The position numbers and the translations under genes are program-made. Shown piece by piece: positions 28,941 to 48,879 of a stretch of 64,000 nt of DNA. Source of the DNA: the human T2T-CHM13v2.0 reference genome, Homo sapiens; NCBI RefSeq assembly GCF_009914755.1, contig NC_060932.1; one strand, 5' to 3'. Every line of letters begins with the position of its first letter. Position 1 is the stretch's first letter. The notes below the pieces were generated by a model. It was not told the DNA's origin, made no database searches, and saw only the letters and a list, made by a program, of their open reading frames with translations.

Positions 28941-29372
28941 TCAATACAACTGTATATATAAATTCATCGTGGTATCATGTTGTCCTTTTCTTCTAATAAC
29001 ATCATCTGGCTCCTGTGGGACAGTTGAATAGAAAAATTCTAATCTATTAGATTGTGCTATAATTAACAGGGGAGCAGCTTTTACAGACCTGAATTTAAAA
29101 TGTGCCAAGGAAGGCAATTCTAAGTGCTTCCACAAGAGAATAATCTTTCTCAGTGGTTCTTTGGATACTGACCAAGACCCTCAAATAGGATAAATCCAGA
29201 ATCACAGCTCTTGACAGCAGTAGCTGAGAAGTGGTTGTTTGGAAGGTATAATCTCTATGGCAACCTTGTGCTTGAAGAGAGTTCTTTGTAGATTACATCA
29301 ATCATACAAATTTCCTTGATGGATGATGTAATGGGTTTTCATACTCATTTTATATTCCTTTATTTTGTGCAG

Positions 29373-29467
29373 ATGATGATGTAAAAGGCTGAACCAAAAA
29401 TAACAACTGATCTTACATACACCATTCCTCTGCTGCATTGGTATATCACAGCTGTGATCTCCACAAG
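29373..29467 (+). other. candidate non-coding exon (95 nt)
   Basis: Acceptor tttatattcctttattttgtgcag| and donor AAG|gtaatt; stops in all three frames. Confidence 0.35.
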
Positions 29468-29725
29468 GTAATTAAAAGGTGTTTATGGATACCCATCAGC
29501 ATCTGGAGTAATCCAGATGTTCCACAATACATGATTCAAGAATCCTAGAATTAGAAAGCTGGGAGAGACGTACAGATATTTCTGTAGTGTAGTTTCCCCC
29601 ACCCAAAATTTTATAGGTCTTGGAAAAACATTCTTCGGCTTCTTGGGCTTGCAATATATTCCTATTTAGATTCAATTTCAGTGAAAACATAATCCTGTGT
29701 GAAGATGCATTATAAATCTAGAATC

Positions 29726-29975
29726 AGGCAGCACACCATAGAGCTCCAGAACTTGGCCTCTGAAGCTAGATTGCTTAGTTTCAAAATTTGATGCCTCCAT
29801 TTATTAGACATGTGAATGGATATGTAGCTTAACTTCTATGGCTTAATGTCCTAATTTGCATAATGAAAAATATAATAATGTCTCCTTCATAGAGCTCTTG
29901 TAAATGTTAAATCATTTATCCATTTAAACCCCTTAGAACAGTGAGCTACATAGTAAGACTCAATAATCTTATCTC
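29726..29975 (+). mobile_element. near full-length MIR
   Basis: ctctgaagctagattgc...ttaacttcta...aataatgtctccttcatagag...cttagaacagtg...acatagtaagactcaataa. Confidence 0.8.
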
Positions 29976-30727
29976 TTCATATATATGGAGGCACACACCC
30001 ATGGAGAAACAATTCAATGAAATGAGCAAGGTGAGTTATTGAGGGACCAGTGTTTTCATACTTACACCCTGCTTGTATAAAGATGTAATGTTTATTGGAA
30101 ATAGATGGAGATGTAGCATTGTTAAGAAATACTGAGTAATTTGATTCCTTAACTTTGGATCTCACCCCTTGTTCTTCCAGCCATTTTCTCCCCCTCCTAT
30201 TGTTTCTAAAATATTTAGGAAAGTTTTAAAGGAAAAGAGAATATTAAGAGCAGCTGATGGAACTCTTCCGGCTCCTTTGCTGGACACTATAAAAATGCAA
30301 GAGTGACCTAAATTCAAAAACGCAGCATCCCATGGATGTCTTAGAATTTCAAATGCAAATCGCTTTTCTTTGATTTTCCTCATTCCTACCCTCGGTCTCT
30401 CAGCTGGGGAATTTCTATTAGAAAATCTCAGTGCATCTTCATTTGGATGAATCCTGGGAACCCAGACATAGCATGCAGCATCTGGGAAACATGGGAAACC
30501 CTTTAGTTAGCCTCCCCTGAGTTATCTGAAGATGAGAAACATCTGTTACTGTCTTTTCAGAGACAGGGTGTTTGATGGGCTTATTTTTCTGCTTTGCTTG
30601 GATATTCTCAGCTCAGCCAAATATTGTCCCTAAAGAAGTCATCACAAATAAGGTATGATAAACCCATGAACTTGAGGTGTTATCAATCATAAAAATACTG
30701 CAAAACATCCAAGCTATAGTCATCCCC

Positions 30728-30730
30728 TAT

Positions 30731-30769
<39 letters not shown>
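30728..30769. repeat. (TA)n(GA)n microsatellite
   Basis: Read directly from sequence. Confidence 0.95.
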
Positions 30770-32090
30770 CACTAGGATATTCAAAAGATTGTACTTTTCA
30801 CTTTCTGCAGAACAGCACCCAAGAAACCAGCTCTCTGTGTTAGTAGTTTGAACACAATTGGAAGAAATAAAAAAAAATGCTGTGAAACAGGTGCAAGGGT
30901 GTCAGAGTCATTGAAGCATTGATGTAACTGTCTTAAATCCCATAAAATAGTAGCATTTGGCAAGTCTGTATATAAATGAGGTTAGGTTTGCCAGAAAAGT
31001 AAAGTAACACTACTAGTAAGTTAAAAAATCATATCCTATCAGAATTTCCCTGCATTCCATCCAAATTTTCTATGAAACTTTGGTAATAGTCTGATTCATC
31101 ACATATAAATTCCATGCCAAAAAAATAAAAAAGAAACTATAACTTTCCCACTATTGCTCTGTAGAAAGGCAAAGAGCAATACTGAAGATATGTTTGCCAA
31201 TTTCTTGCTCATAAATATGCCATTATTGCTTAGTGATATTTCTCCTCTCATCTCCACCCAACTAAGATAGTAGAGTGATAATAGAGGAAGTATCTAAAAT
31301 TATAATAACAAGATTATAAAATATCCTTTCTTGTAGTTGAAATTGCTTAGGATAAATTATATAAATGTATATAGATGAGCTTGCCTGATTGCAAACTGAC
31401 ATTCATCTAAGTTTCAAATTGAAGTAATCTGCCTCACCCGTTTAAGCAGTTAACTGACTTACAATAAGTTTATGACTGCAACTCGAATGGATGGCTTTAA
31501 TCAGAGTTTAGATTACATGAGATTCATAGATCATAAGATCTAGAATTTTTTTTTCCTTATGGGTGTGGGGGAAGAACAGGCTTGGAAACAAGCCCTTGGA
31601 TAAAGTACTGGGAACGTTTTTTTGTTTTACTATTAAAGATCTGTTTACAGTCTGCAGTGTCCCGTTGGGTTGCACTTTAGCTAAATAAAATGACAACTGT
31701 CCTCTGTTTATAACTGAGAAATTCCTGTGGCTATGGAGTCTGGGGACCAACCTTTAACTCAGAGACCTCCCAAACTCCCACTTTCCTTTATCTTACCCAT
31801 ATGACTTTGCGATGACTCTATTTCAGTTCAGGAATGAATGTTCTGGAAGTATTGTTCAGTTGTGTTAACTGGTATATGAGAAAACTGTAATGTGGGAATT
31901 TATTTGCCTAACTGGTGACACACAAAAAAAGTGCACCAGTTAAACTGTTAAGGATAAATTGGGCTGAGCTAGTGCCAGAGAAAAACAATTTGTAATAAAA
32001 TGTGTAATTTCACTTTCAAGATAAGGAGTGCATAATATACAGAAGATGTGGGAGAGGTCCTACATTGGGAACAACAATCTAAGCTTCTAC

Positions 32091-33114
32091 TTTTTAAATT
32101 TAACTTTTATTTTAAGTTCAGGGGTACATGTGCAGGTTTGTTATATAGGTAAACTTGTGTCATGAGAATTTGTTGTACAGATTATTTCATCACCCAGGTA
32201 TTAAGCCTAGTACCCATTAGTTGTTTTTCCTGAGCCTCTCCCTCTTCCCACCCTCCACCCTCTAATGGGCCCCAGTGTGTGTTTTTCCCCCCTCTATGCG
32301 TCCATGTGTTCTCATCATTTAGCTCCCACTTATAACTGAGAACATGCAGTATTTGGTTTTCTGTTCCTGCGTTAGTTTTCTCATGATAATGGCCTTTAGC
32401 TCCATTCATGTTCCTGCAAAAGACACAATATTGTTCTTTTTATGGCTGCATAGTAGCGTTCCATGGTGTATATGTACTACATTTTCTATGTCCAGTCGGC
32501 TATTGATGGGCATTTAGGTTCATTCCATGTCTTTGCTATCATGAATAGTGCTGCAATGAACATGTGCATGCATCTTTATGAAAGAATGATTTATATTATT
32601 TGGGGTATATGCCCAGTAGTAGGATAGCTGGGTTGAATGGTATTTCTGTTTTTAGCTCTTTGGTGAATCACCACACTGTCTTCCACAATGGTTGAAATAA
32701 TTTACACTCCCACCAACAGTGTATAAGGGTTCCTTTTTCTCCACACTCTTGCCAGAATCTGTTATTTTTTGACTTTTTAATAATTGCCATTCTGACTGGT
32801 GTGAGATGGTATCTCACTGTGGTTTTGATTTGCATTTCCCTAATGATAGTGATGTTGAACTTTTTTTCATATGATAGTTGCCCATGTGCACATCTTCTTT
32901 TGAAAAGTGTCTGTTCATATCCTTTACCCACTTTTAACAGGGTTTTTTTCCTTGTAAACTTAAGTTCCTTATAGATGCTGGATATTAGACCTTTCTCAGA
33001 TGCATACCTTGCAAAAATTTTCTCCCATTTTGTAGGTCATCTGTTCGTTCTGCTGATAGTTTCTCTTGCTGTGCAGAAGCTCTTTAGCTTAATTAGATCA
33101 CATTTGTCAATTTT
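32091..33114 (-). mobile_element. L1PA13-like 5'-truncated LINE-1
   Basis: Antisense ORF2 end ([24 protein letters not shown]) and 3'UTR; TSD tctaagcttcta at 32078 and 33115. Confidence 0.95.
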
Positions 33115-34019
33115 TCTAAGCTTCTATTTTTTCATATAAAACAACTCACCATACAGGATAAATAAAATTTGCAGTAAGTCGCCACCAAGGAGCAGTTTCA
33201 CAGACCATTTTCACATCAACTGTGGGGGTCTCCTGGCATCTGTTCAGGAAATGACCACAAAGCTGCTTGTATATGATGCGGCTTAACAGTGGGTAAGAGG
33301 GCTGGTGGCATCAAGTGGAGATAGCAGCTCCATCTTTATTCCATAAGGAGACCAGGCATCTGTAAGAAGTTTTTGGTCCTTCCTTTGACTTCTTATTCTC
33401 TCCATTTTGGTTCTCCAGATAGAGTTTGACAGAAGAATGAAAACAAACACCTTATGTGTCAAGCATTTTTACCTTTGCTCTTCGTCTGTTGACTGGGGTT
33501 AAAATTATGAGCAAAGGGTTTTTTGTATGTTATGCCAGGAGCAAACATTTCAGGTTTAGATATTCAAGTTAAAGACAATTTCATTGTCATTAATCAAGCA
33601 TTGTGTTGATCAACACTTGAAAAAAAAAGTTTCTGGGAGAAACTAGTATCTTCTGAAATAGTAATAAGTTCTTCATTAAGAAAAAGGAAAGCATGCTGTG
33701 ATCTAATCGGTTTAGAAATCAAGGGTTAGACAAAGTTAAATAGATTTAATTTTTGTAGGAATTCTCACAGCCTGTAACGTTTTATTAATCATCTGTCTTA
33801 GCTCTAAACGGTATTTTTTCAGACAGAGAAAGGAAAGAGGACAAAAAAGATAATGAATGGCTTTAGGAAGGCAATCAACCACATCTGCCACAATATACGC
33901 ACAGGCGTTATGATTCTCCAGTGGCAGAAGAGGGGAATGAATAATACAGCATTTAAGCATCAGTTATTTTTTTCAACCATGGCCACCAGCATCTCACAAT
34001 TATGCAGTTTGGGAAATGG

Positions 34020-34200
34020 ACATAGAGGACACAGTTCTGATGTCAAATCTTATAGATTACAGTTATGTGACATTGTGTAAATTATTTAACTTCTCCTAGC
34101 CTCGATTTTCATAGCCATGAAAGTGAGCTAATACCTAGCTCTTGGGTTACTGTAAAAATTGTATGCAATTATGCATGTAGTGCTTGGCACAGAAATGATC
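34020..34200 (+). mobile_element. MIR SINE
   Basis: ttatgtgacattgtgtaaattatttaacttctcctagcctcgattttc...gtgcttggcacag. Confidence 0.65.
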
Positions 34201-34369
34201 AATTGTTTTATCTTCTCCAGGGCCTTCACTCTCACCCCAGGCCCAATCTGCCATTTGAACTTAAAGTGACTCCAATAGGAATGGGCCACTGTCCTGCCAC
34301 AGTGTAGACAGTTTCCTCCAGGGAACTGAGTTAGTGTCTGAGAGTGATAGCCTCTAAAATATCTTCTGT

Positions 34370-34560
34370 CATTTATTCCATTCCTCCATTCAGGCAGGCA
34401 GTCAACCTATTCTTATGAGGCATCTATCATGGGTTCAGGCACTAGGATAAAGATAGACTTGGTTTCCTTCCCTGATGAGGCTTACTGTCTGCCACTTAAG
34501 CAGTAATGCTCAAGTGTGAAAACAGTTCTGATAAAGAATGTTCCGGGCACTAACTTTGAA
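34370..34560 (-). mobile_element. L2 3' tail
   Basis: atttattccattcctccattca...caggcactaggata...ccttccctgatgaggcttactgtct. Confidence 0.5.
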
Positions 34561-35525
34561 ATAAGAATTATGCTAAGAATCCAGGGAGACAGTACAGATT
34601 TAGTAGAACTATACTTTCTCTGATACACCATGAAGAAACCAGTATAAAAATCACATCCACAGTGAAAATAAGAAGTGAGAGACTGGAATGAAGAAATGAA
34701 TGGGAGGGGGCTGTGCCTTCAAAATAGGTTTCTCACTTGACCCCAATAGCAACTCAAAAAGTTGGTCAAGAAGAGGAAATAATTTTTCTTAAGGACAAAG
34801 AGTCATTTCCCGGTGGACTCAAGACTATTGCCCAGGGTTTCTGATTTCCAGCCTAGACTCTGCAGGGCTGCAGGTGGAATAAACCTAGAGGAGTTTTCCT
34901 CAGATTTCCAACTAAAGATGACTCCATAATTAGGAACTTAATAAATGATGCTTCCTCCGAATTTTGTCTTTTACTTTAGCACTTCTCATGCTGTTCCTGA
35001 GATTTCACCCTTTTTTCCCTCTGTCATAACATCTAATTATAATTCCACAAGGTTGAGAACCATGTTATTTTCCTCTATATGTTTTAAGTACCTAGCTTCT
35101 GTTATTTGCTAAAAATAATTAATGGCTGAGATTAGTTTATGCTAATTTATATAATAATAAGCCCAGGCTTAAGCTGGATTTTTTGTTATATATAATAATT
35201 TTTTACTAAAATTATTTTGACTTTCAATTTTGCTGTCACTGTATCTATGAATATAAATGACTAGATCAGACAGATTATAGGGATAAGAGGAAAGACTGTC
35301 TTTTTATTGATATACTGGAGTCTAAAGAATTTGTAGCCCTCTTCTCATAATGCATTCAAGGTAAAATTATCATAAAGACCAGCAGAAATCAGCCTTGACA
35401 CTCTCAATTCTGCATACTTGGTGGATTAGTTGTCCTTTAGTGTAATAAAGATGATCAAGCCAGAAATGTTTTGGAAAAGTATAAAGTCAGATTGAATTTA
35501 GCTCCAGCCACTTAAAGTCTTATAA

Positions 35526-35828
<303 letters not shown>

Positions 35829-37195
35829 TCAATTTTTGTTAGAAGTTACATTCTTTTAAAAAGTGAAGAAGTACATTAGATTACAAGTTAGCTTTGGTCT
35901 TAACAGTTAGGTTAATTATGGATTTAAAAATGAGTTAGGAATCGCTCTCTGTTAATCACAGATAGATAGTAAGTCAACGGAACCTTCAACAGGCTTTATA
36001 ATCCTATAGTTGTGTCTCAATTTTAAGACTTGAGGTTCACCTTTGCTAAGGTCTGGTGATTCCATTTGTAGAAACTGTTCACTGAGCAAAAGATAAACAA
36101 GCTAATTTTATGAGTAGAATTATTTTAGCACTATACTAAATAGTGTGTATTAATCCTCTGAAAGTGAAATTATAAAATGGATAGTTTAGATGTTATTGGG
36201 GAGCACACACTATGAATTTCTTTAGATCTTCTTCCTTCATTTTTTTTGCTAGTCAAAAGTTGGTTAAGTGCTGTCATTAAAGTACTGAGCACTAGTCAGG
36301 AAAGCAATAAAAATGAGCCTTGGGATATTTCTTCATAGCTTTTTTAGAACATTTTGGCGCAACTTTGTTTTGAGTTGGGCATTGTCACGAAGGATGGAAA
36401 TGGTGTCTCCTTTACTCATTCCTAGGATACTTATATGATTCCATTTATCTGCAATCCTGGGAACCCTACAATTCCCAGGGATAGAATTGTATTATTGGGT
36501 TTCCTGATGGGTGTTTCACATAACTTTTATGGCTTGTTTAATTTCACATTGCCCTCTGTGGACAGGACTATTTGTTTTGCCAAATGCAAAGCCCACTCAA
36601 AAGTCACACTCACAAGTTAAATAAGTTTTAAATTATTTGCTTAAGTAAAAGACACCACCTCTTAATCTAGAAATGATACAGAAGAAGTCCAAAATCTTCT
36701 TGGCTATAACTGAGTATGAAGAAATCCTACTTGAATCATCTCAGTACAAATTAAAAACATGCATTACGAACCAAATACCCTTCAATTACCAAGTTTTACT
36801 TACTTATTTACTTTTTAAATCAAGGGTGAGACTATTAAGCCAAAGGCACTGTGGAGCTAGCTAAAACAAAAGTCTGTAATAATCTGAGATGCAAAAAAAA
36901 CCTCTGAATAGACTATATTCACTCACACTGTCATGGCATGATATGAAGTACAAGGAATTATTTGGGTAATTCTGGTTCTTTCTTATCACGTGTATTTTCT
37001 GTAGGTCTGAGACCTAGAGAAATGCGTAGAAGATAGACATAGAAGTCAGATGAAAGTCAAAACCCTGGGAACAAAAGACTGCATTTCCAAAAGTCTTTAT
37101 TATACATAAGCAAAAAGCGCCCCAATACTACTGATGAGAATCTGTTCTCACTATCCAGACAAGACCGAATGACACTATCCAAACAAGACCAAAAA

Positions 37196-37370
37196 CAAAC
37201 ACACACACACACACACACGCACACATGCATACACGCATGCACACACACACATACATGCATCCACGCACACACACACGCATACACGCACACACGCGCGCAT
37301 ACACGCATTCACGCACGCGCACACACACACACATGCATACACCCATGCGTGCACGCATACACAAATGCAC
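37196..37370. repeat. complex (CA)n/(CACG)/(CATG) microsatellite
   Basis: About 175 bp alternating purine-pyrimidine tract. Confidence 0.95.
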
Positions 37371-37679
37371 TCTCTCTCTTATTTGTCTCTCTTTTTTCTT
37401 CTTTACTACCCATATGCAGATGATAAAACTCACCTATGACTGGAATTAAGGAGACAAAAGGGTCTTGAATTGTAAAAATGTTCCAAACACGTTTTACGAA
37501 CTCCAAGAAAGTCGGGACCACAATGATTCAACAGGAATATTTGACCACTTCCTTATTTGTTTTTACTTCAAAATAAAACCCGACTTAAAACATCACACCA
37601 TGTGCATTCTTTACAGGTTATAAAAGTCCTCATACAGCAAAAGATGCCATTTGTCTTCTTCCTCCACCCATGCCCCTTC

Positions 37680-38408
<729 letters not shown>

Positions 38409-38684
38409 ATCTATTAGGGCATTTCAATTAGAACTCAATCTCACAGTTCCTGAAACTGTTTTAAAATACTATGGTATGCTATAATATGTTAGCAAATATA
38501 GAAAAATAAATCACAGGCTAAAGTTAGACTTGCAAGCCATATACTGTTACTATACTTCATGAATTCTTCCCTCATCTATTAGCAAAATTATAGTTTTGTT
38601 TTAAGAAATAAATTTATTCCTGTGCATAAATTTTACACATTTTATTAAGAGGCCAGATTATTTAATTTCTCTAAATATTTCCTC

Positions 38685-38993
38685 TTTTCTTTTTTTTTTT
38701 TTTTTTTTTTTTTGAGACGGAAACTCGCTCTGTCACCCAGGCTGGAGTGCAGTGGCGCGATCTGGCTCACTGCAAGCTCCGCCTCTCGGGTTCATGCCAC
38801 TCTCCTGCCTCAGCCTCCCGAGTAGCTGGAACTACAGGCACCCGCCACCACGCCCAGCTAATTTTTTGTATTTTTAGTAGAGACAGGGTTTCACCATGTT
38901 AGCCACGATGGTCTCAATCTACTGACCTTGTGATCCATCCACCTTAGCCTCCTAATGTGCTGGGATTACAGGCGTGAGCCACCGTGCCCGGCC
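38685..38993 (-). mobile_element. AluY
   Basis: Y diagnostics; TSD ctaaatatt(t)cct. Confidence 0.95.
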
Positions 38994-39329
38994 TAAATAT
39001 TCCTTTTTAAAAACTAAGTAAATAAGCAAAAACAATACACTCTTTTAATCAATAAATTTTACCAAAGTAGCCTGTGATTTGTAGAGTAGTATTGCTCATG
39101 CGCTTCTACTGTTAAAGAGGAAACATTTTTGAAGAGTCTATATAAACAGCCCCTAATTATTGGCTAGACACCCACAGAAGCCACCTGTGTCCCTTTAAGC
39201 TGAGCCTAAGCAATATTTGGAGACAGGACTGTTTTCTTGTGGGAATACTGGCCCAGTAATGGTGCATCTGACATTTTAATAGAACCTGAAAATATATGTT
39301 TTATATTAAATTCTACATTTTAAAATGCT

Positions 39330-40145
39330 GGCAGGCTATTATCAAAAAGACAAAAGGTAACAAGTGTTGGAGAGAATGTGGACAAAAGAGAACTCTTGTA
39401 CACTGGTGGTGGGAATGTAAATTTGTACACTCATTATGGAAAATAATATGGAGGTTTCTCAAAAAAATTAAAAATAGAGTTACCATATAATTCAGCAATC
39501 CTTTTGCTGGGTATATAGTCAAAGGATATAAAACAATATGTCAAAGAGATATCTGCCCTCCCATATTCATTACAGTATTATTCACAATAGCCAAGATATG
39601 AGATCAACCTAAGTGTTCATTAATGGATGAATCGATAGAGAAAACTGGCTCTATATACACAATGGAAACTATGCAATCTTTTAAAAGGAGAAAATCATGT
39701 GACAGCATGGCTGAACCTGGAGGATACTATGTTAAGTGAAATAAGCCAGGCACAGAAAGACAAATACAACATGACCTGATTTATATATGGAGTGTAAAAA
39801 AATCCAACTCATAGAAACAGTAAAATGGTGGGTACCAGAGGCTGAGGGTTGGAAGATTTGAGGAGGTGTTGGTCAAAGGATACAAAAATTTCAGTGAGAT
39901 AGGAGGAATAAGTTCAAGAGATCTGTTGTACGTTATGATGACTATAGTTAATAACAATGTATTACATATTTGAAAATTACTGAAAATCAATTTTAAGTGT
40001 GTCATCAAAAAAAGATAAGTATGTGAAGTAATACATGTGTTAAATAGCTTGGTTTAGCCATTTCACAATGTGTACATATATCAAGGCTTTACATTGTACA
40101 CCATAAATATATATAATTTTTGTTAAATATAATTTCTTAAATAAG
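39330..40145 (+). mobile_element. L1MA4-like 3' end
   Basis: [16 protein letters not shown] translation; 3'UTR aatttcagtgagataggaggaataagttcaagagatct. Confidence 0.92.
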
Positions 40146-41689
40146 AATTTTAAAATAGATCTATATTCACTGGCAAAGATGCCATTTTGTATTAAGAGAA
40201 AAAAAGAAAAATCACATTGCGAAGCATGTTTCTATTTAATTAAAAATGCACACAAGAAAAAAATTAAATCAAATGCTAACAAATAATTGAATTCAAAATA
40301 AACACACACGCACACATAATTTTCATGCAAACAGACAAAAACTTCTGAAGCCCAATTTTGCCCCTTCAGCTATTGTGTCGTTACTTATGCCTTAAACTTT
40401 CATAATATGGCTTTTACTGATACTACTTGAGTATTTGGCTGCTAGGGTCCAAAAAAATTTCTGCGAGTTGCTCTAGGCCAAATAAAACTATGTTGAAAGT
40501 GGAGAATTAACATATTTGTGGGTACACATAAAAATCTGCAAGGCTATAAATACATCTGGTTCTGACATCAGCTATCAAATTACCCTTTTCACTAAAACAT
40601 AAATATCATATGTTCCTACGTTTCTAATACTTTTATATGCATTATATCAAAAAAGTCAGAACTTCAAAATAATCTTCAGCCTAACATCCTAGTTTACATC
40701 CTCATAACCTCACACTTGGAATGAATCGGGAACTTCTAGCTAGTGCGTAGGTTTCCAATTACTTCTCTTTCCATCCTCTATGCATCAAGTAGTTATTATT
40801 ATAAGAAAATAGATTTTATCATGTAATTCTACTGGTTTTTTAAATGGCTTTCATTAACAGATATTAGAAAGCTTAAGACCCTTGACTTTCCAAAGCGGCC
40901 CAACTTAGCTCTCCCTCTTATTACCTATCCTTTGTGCTCTAGCTAAAATCCTGGGCTTCGGCAGCATTCTTCAAAGTTTGCCCAACCAAAGGTATTTTAA
41001 GATATACTACAAGGCATTCTGGATAGCATGAGCTGGGGGAGATAAATTTTGTAGTCTAATAAGTTTTGGGAAAGTTAATTAACATAGTTGAACCAATTTG
41101 TTTAGTGAGTCCACAATGACTGAGTGCCTTATATGTGTTCTATACTGTGCTAAGCAGGAGTTACGCACTGGTAGACAGGAGAGGCACAGTTCCTGTTTCT
41201 CCCAGAGCTAAAGTCCAACACAGAAATTCTTAGAGCCAAGCTTGTTTAACCACAGAGTTGCTCCTTAAGCATCCACAACAGAACATATTTTTACAAAACG
41301 CTCTTCTCTCTCTCATTGACTTGAATACTTGACCCCATGCCTGCTTTCTTTCACATACTTTTCTTTCTACCTAGCATGCTCTTCATTCTCTCAGTGATTG
41401 AACAAACTCCTCTTATCTCTCACTATCCACCAGTTCTCAGTTTATTAAGAAGCCGTATGACAAGCTCAGGAGAGTTTAGTTGCTCTGACCTCTGTCCCAC
41501 AGGACTTTCATATGTGTTTTCACATACTTTCTATAAGGGGTTAGAGTAATTTTATTCTCCTCCCTCCTGCCCCTATATATTGGGCAGGGATCATATATCA
41601 GGCTTCTTTTTATTATGAGTTTCTTGCAGACTGCTAGCTAGATATTTGATAAAACCCTCCAATGACATTCCATTTTCCCTATTCTCTGC

Positions 41690-41904
41690 ACTTATATCTT
41701 AACACTCTTACCCTCTCACTTTATTGCAGATATACTGACCTCCTTACAGCTCATCACACTCTGTACAAGCATGCTCCTGCTTCACAGCCTTTGCCTTTGC
41801 TGTTTCTCTGTTCAGAAAACTCTTCTCTGTGGGACTTTTCTAACCATCTGTATAAAATAGCCAATCTCTACCATCCCTGTGATTCTTACTCTGTTTTATT
41901 CACC

Positions 41905-41905
<1 letters not shown>
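41690..41905 (+). mobile_element. L2 fragment
   Basis: caagcatgctcctgcttcacagcctttgcctttgctgtttctctg. Confidence 0.6.
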
Positions 41906-46818
<4,913 letters not shown>

Positions 46819-47079
46819 TGTTAGAGATACAATGAGAAGCAAAACAAATTTGACCCATGAACTCAAGATATTTAATGTGTCCTGAGAGAGTTAGACATTG
46901 AATAAATAGACACACAAATCATATAAATGTGTTACTCTGATAAGGTCTACAAAAAAGAAAAAAAAAAACCGTGGGAGGCTATAACAATAGTTTTTGGTAC
47001 TAAAGAAACGACAATGACCCAAACAGACATTTTGTTTCCCTTATGGAGCTTGCAGGTAATAATATACATTAGAGAGACA

Positions 47080-47250
47080 ATATTTTAGTAATATAAGCAA
47101 TGAGCTTCTACTCACAATACCTGGTCCTATTAATTATTGGTATAACCTGGGATAAAACAGTTTACCTTTCTACTACATAGGGATACTAATACATACTTTA
47201 ACTTGGCAAGGATATACAGGACTAATATTATTGAGAATGCTCACCTTTTT
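47080..47250 (+). mobile_element. MIR fragment
   Basis: tattaattattggtataacctggg...tttacctttct...ggatactaatac. Confidence 0.45.
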
Positions 47251-47594
47251 GCCATACTTTTCTGCTAGTTTCTGGTAAGTTCCCAATTTTAGATCTCACT
47301 GGGCTGAGCTTGAAGAAGACTTGACCTCTGGGATACTGCAGTTGCACAGTTCCTAGAGAGGAGAGATCAATTATGTAGACAAAAACTGGTTCTAGTTCTG
47401 ACTGTGCTTCCGGCTAATAAGCCGGTGCCCCCTTAAGACCTGTTTCCTTTTCTCTCAATGGAAGATCCAACTAGGTTAGTTCTAAGGGCTAATCCTCAAT
47501 AGAGGATCTACTTCTTTCACCGCCACTGTTCTCTAGCACACACATACCTCCCCCACATACCTTTTAATTCTCTTTGAGAACTCACTTTTCCATT

Positions 47595-47884
<290 letters not shown>

Positions 47885-48879
47885 TAGCATCTAGTCACAT
47901 GTCTATCACAGGCTGGGAAGTAGAGAACGGAAAATGGCAACAAGAAGCCCCAGGCACAAAAAAGTGATGTCATCCATACATCTAGCTGAAATGGCCTGCT
48001 TTCCAGTTTTATAGACCCCCTGTATCTTCTGAAAAGTACTCTTTCGGTGTGAGGGTGTGGGTCTCTAAATCCATTTACCATTGTGCTAAGAGCTTTTCTG
48101 CATTAGTTCCTTGGGTCAGGCTTTGTCTTCTAACTGCATTCATAAATAAAGCTCATGGTGACCCTCTACAATCTCAGTTTTAGAGGAAATTTGTTCCAGG
48201 AAGGACAGCACTATTAACTACAGAATACAAGGGTATGCACAGTGCTTTGCAAATAACTCCTAATAAACAGACAGAGCCAGGTGTGAAACATGATTTATAT
48301 CCTCCCATGGTACAAGGCCATATGTATTATAATGCTTTGGCTGTCAATGGTCATTTTGGAAATGTGCCATTCTCCCCCAGGACATAGTTATGGTCTAGCC
48401 CTCCAGGTGGGGAGCAGCAGTTCCTTGCCTTTCATCCACTTTGAGAAGGAAAACTCTGGGCCAAAATTAATAAAAGCTCAATGGCGTGGGGGAGAAAGAA
48501 GATGTGTAACCAGTGGTGAAAGAGAACTCTTCATGATTGAAAGGCATCTGACCTGTAGCTTCCACTGGCCTGAAATAATGTCTTCCTTTTGTTGCAATAA
48601 AAAAGCAAGACTCCTCTCTACTTCTGTTTTATTCAAGGTTTCTGCTAGTCCAGTCTGTTTGAGGCCAGACAAGACTAGCCTTATGACCAACTTAGCAGTC
48701 ATAGAAGTGATAAACCAGAAGATATTATCTCTTCTCCTGCCCAGCCTGCTCATCCTACATATGGTAGGGAAGAAGCCTTAAACATGGAGAAAGTGAGCAG
48801 ATAAAGGAAAACATCAGAAAATAAATGATAGAAGAGAAGGGATGGGAAAGAGTCCAAATGAAGAGGAGAAAAGATATAA

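Noticed and set aside
40955-40966. gcttcggcagca matching the U6 snRNA 5' end
   Set aside because: Only 12 nt match and the flanks do not continue U6.
48290-48781. Longest ORF in the window (163 aa)
   Set aside because: No recognisable domain, promoter context or coding-like composition; within chance expectation.
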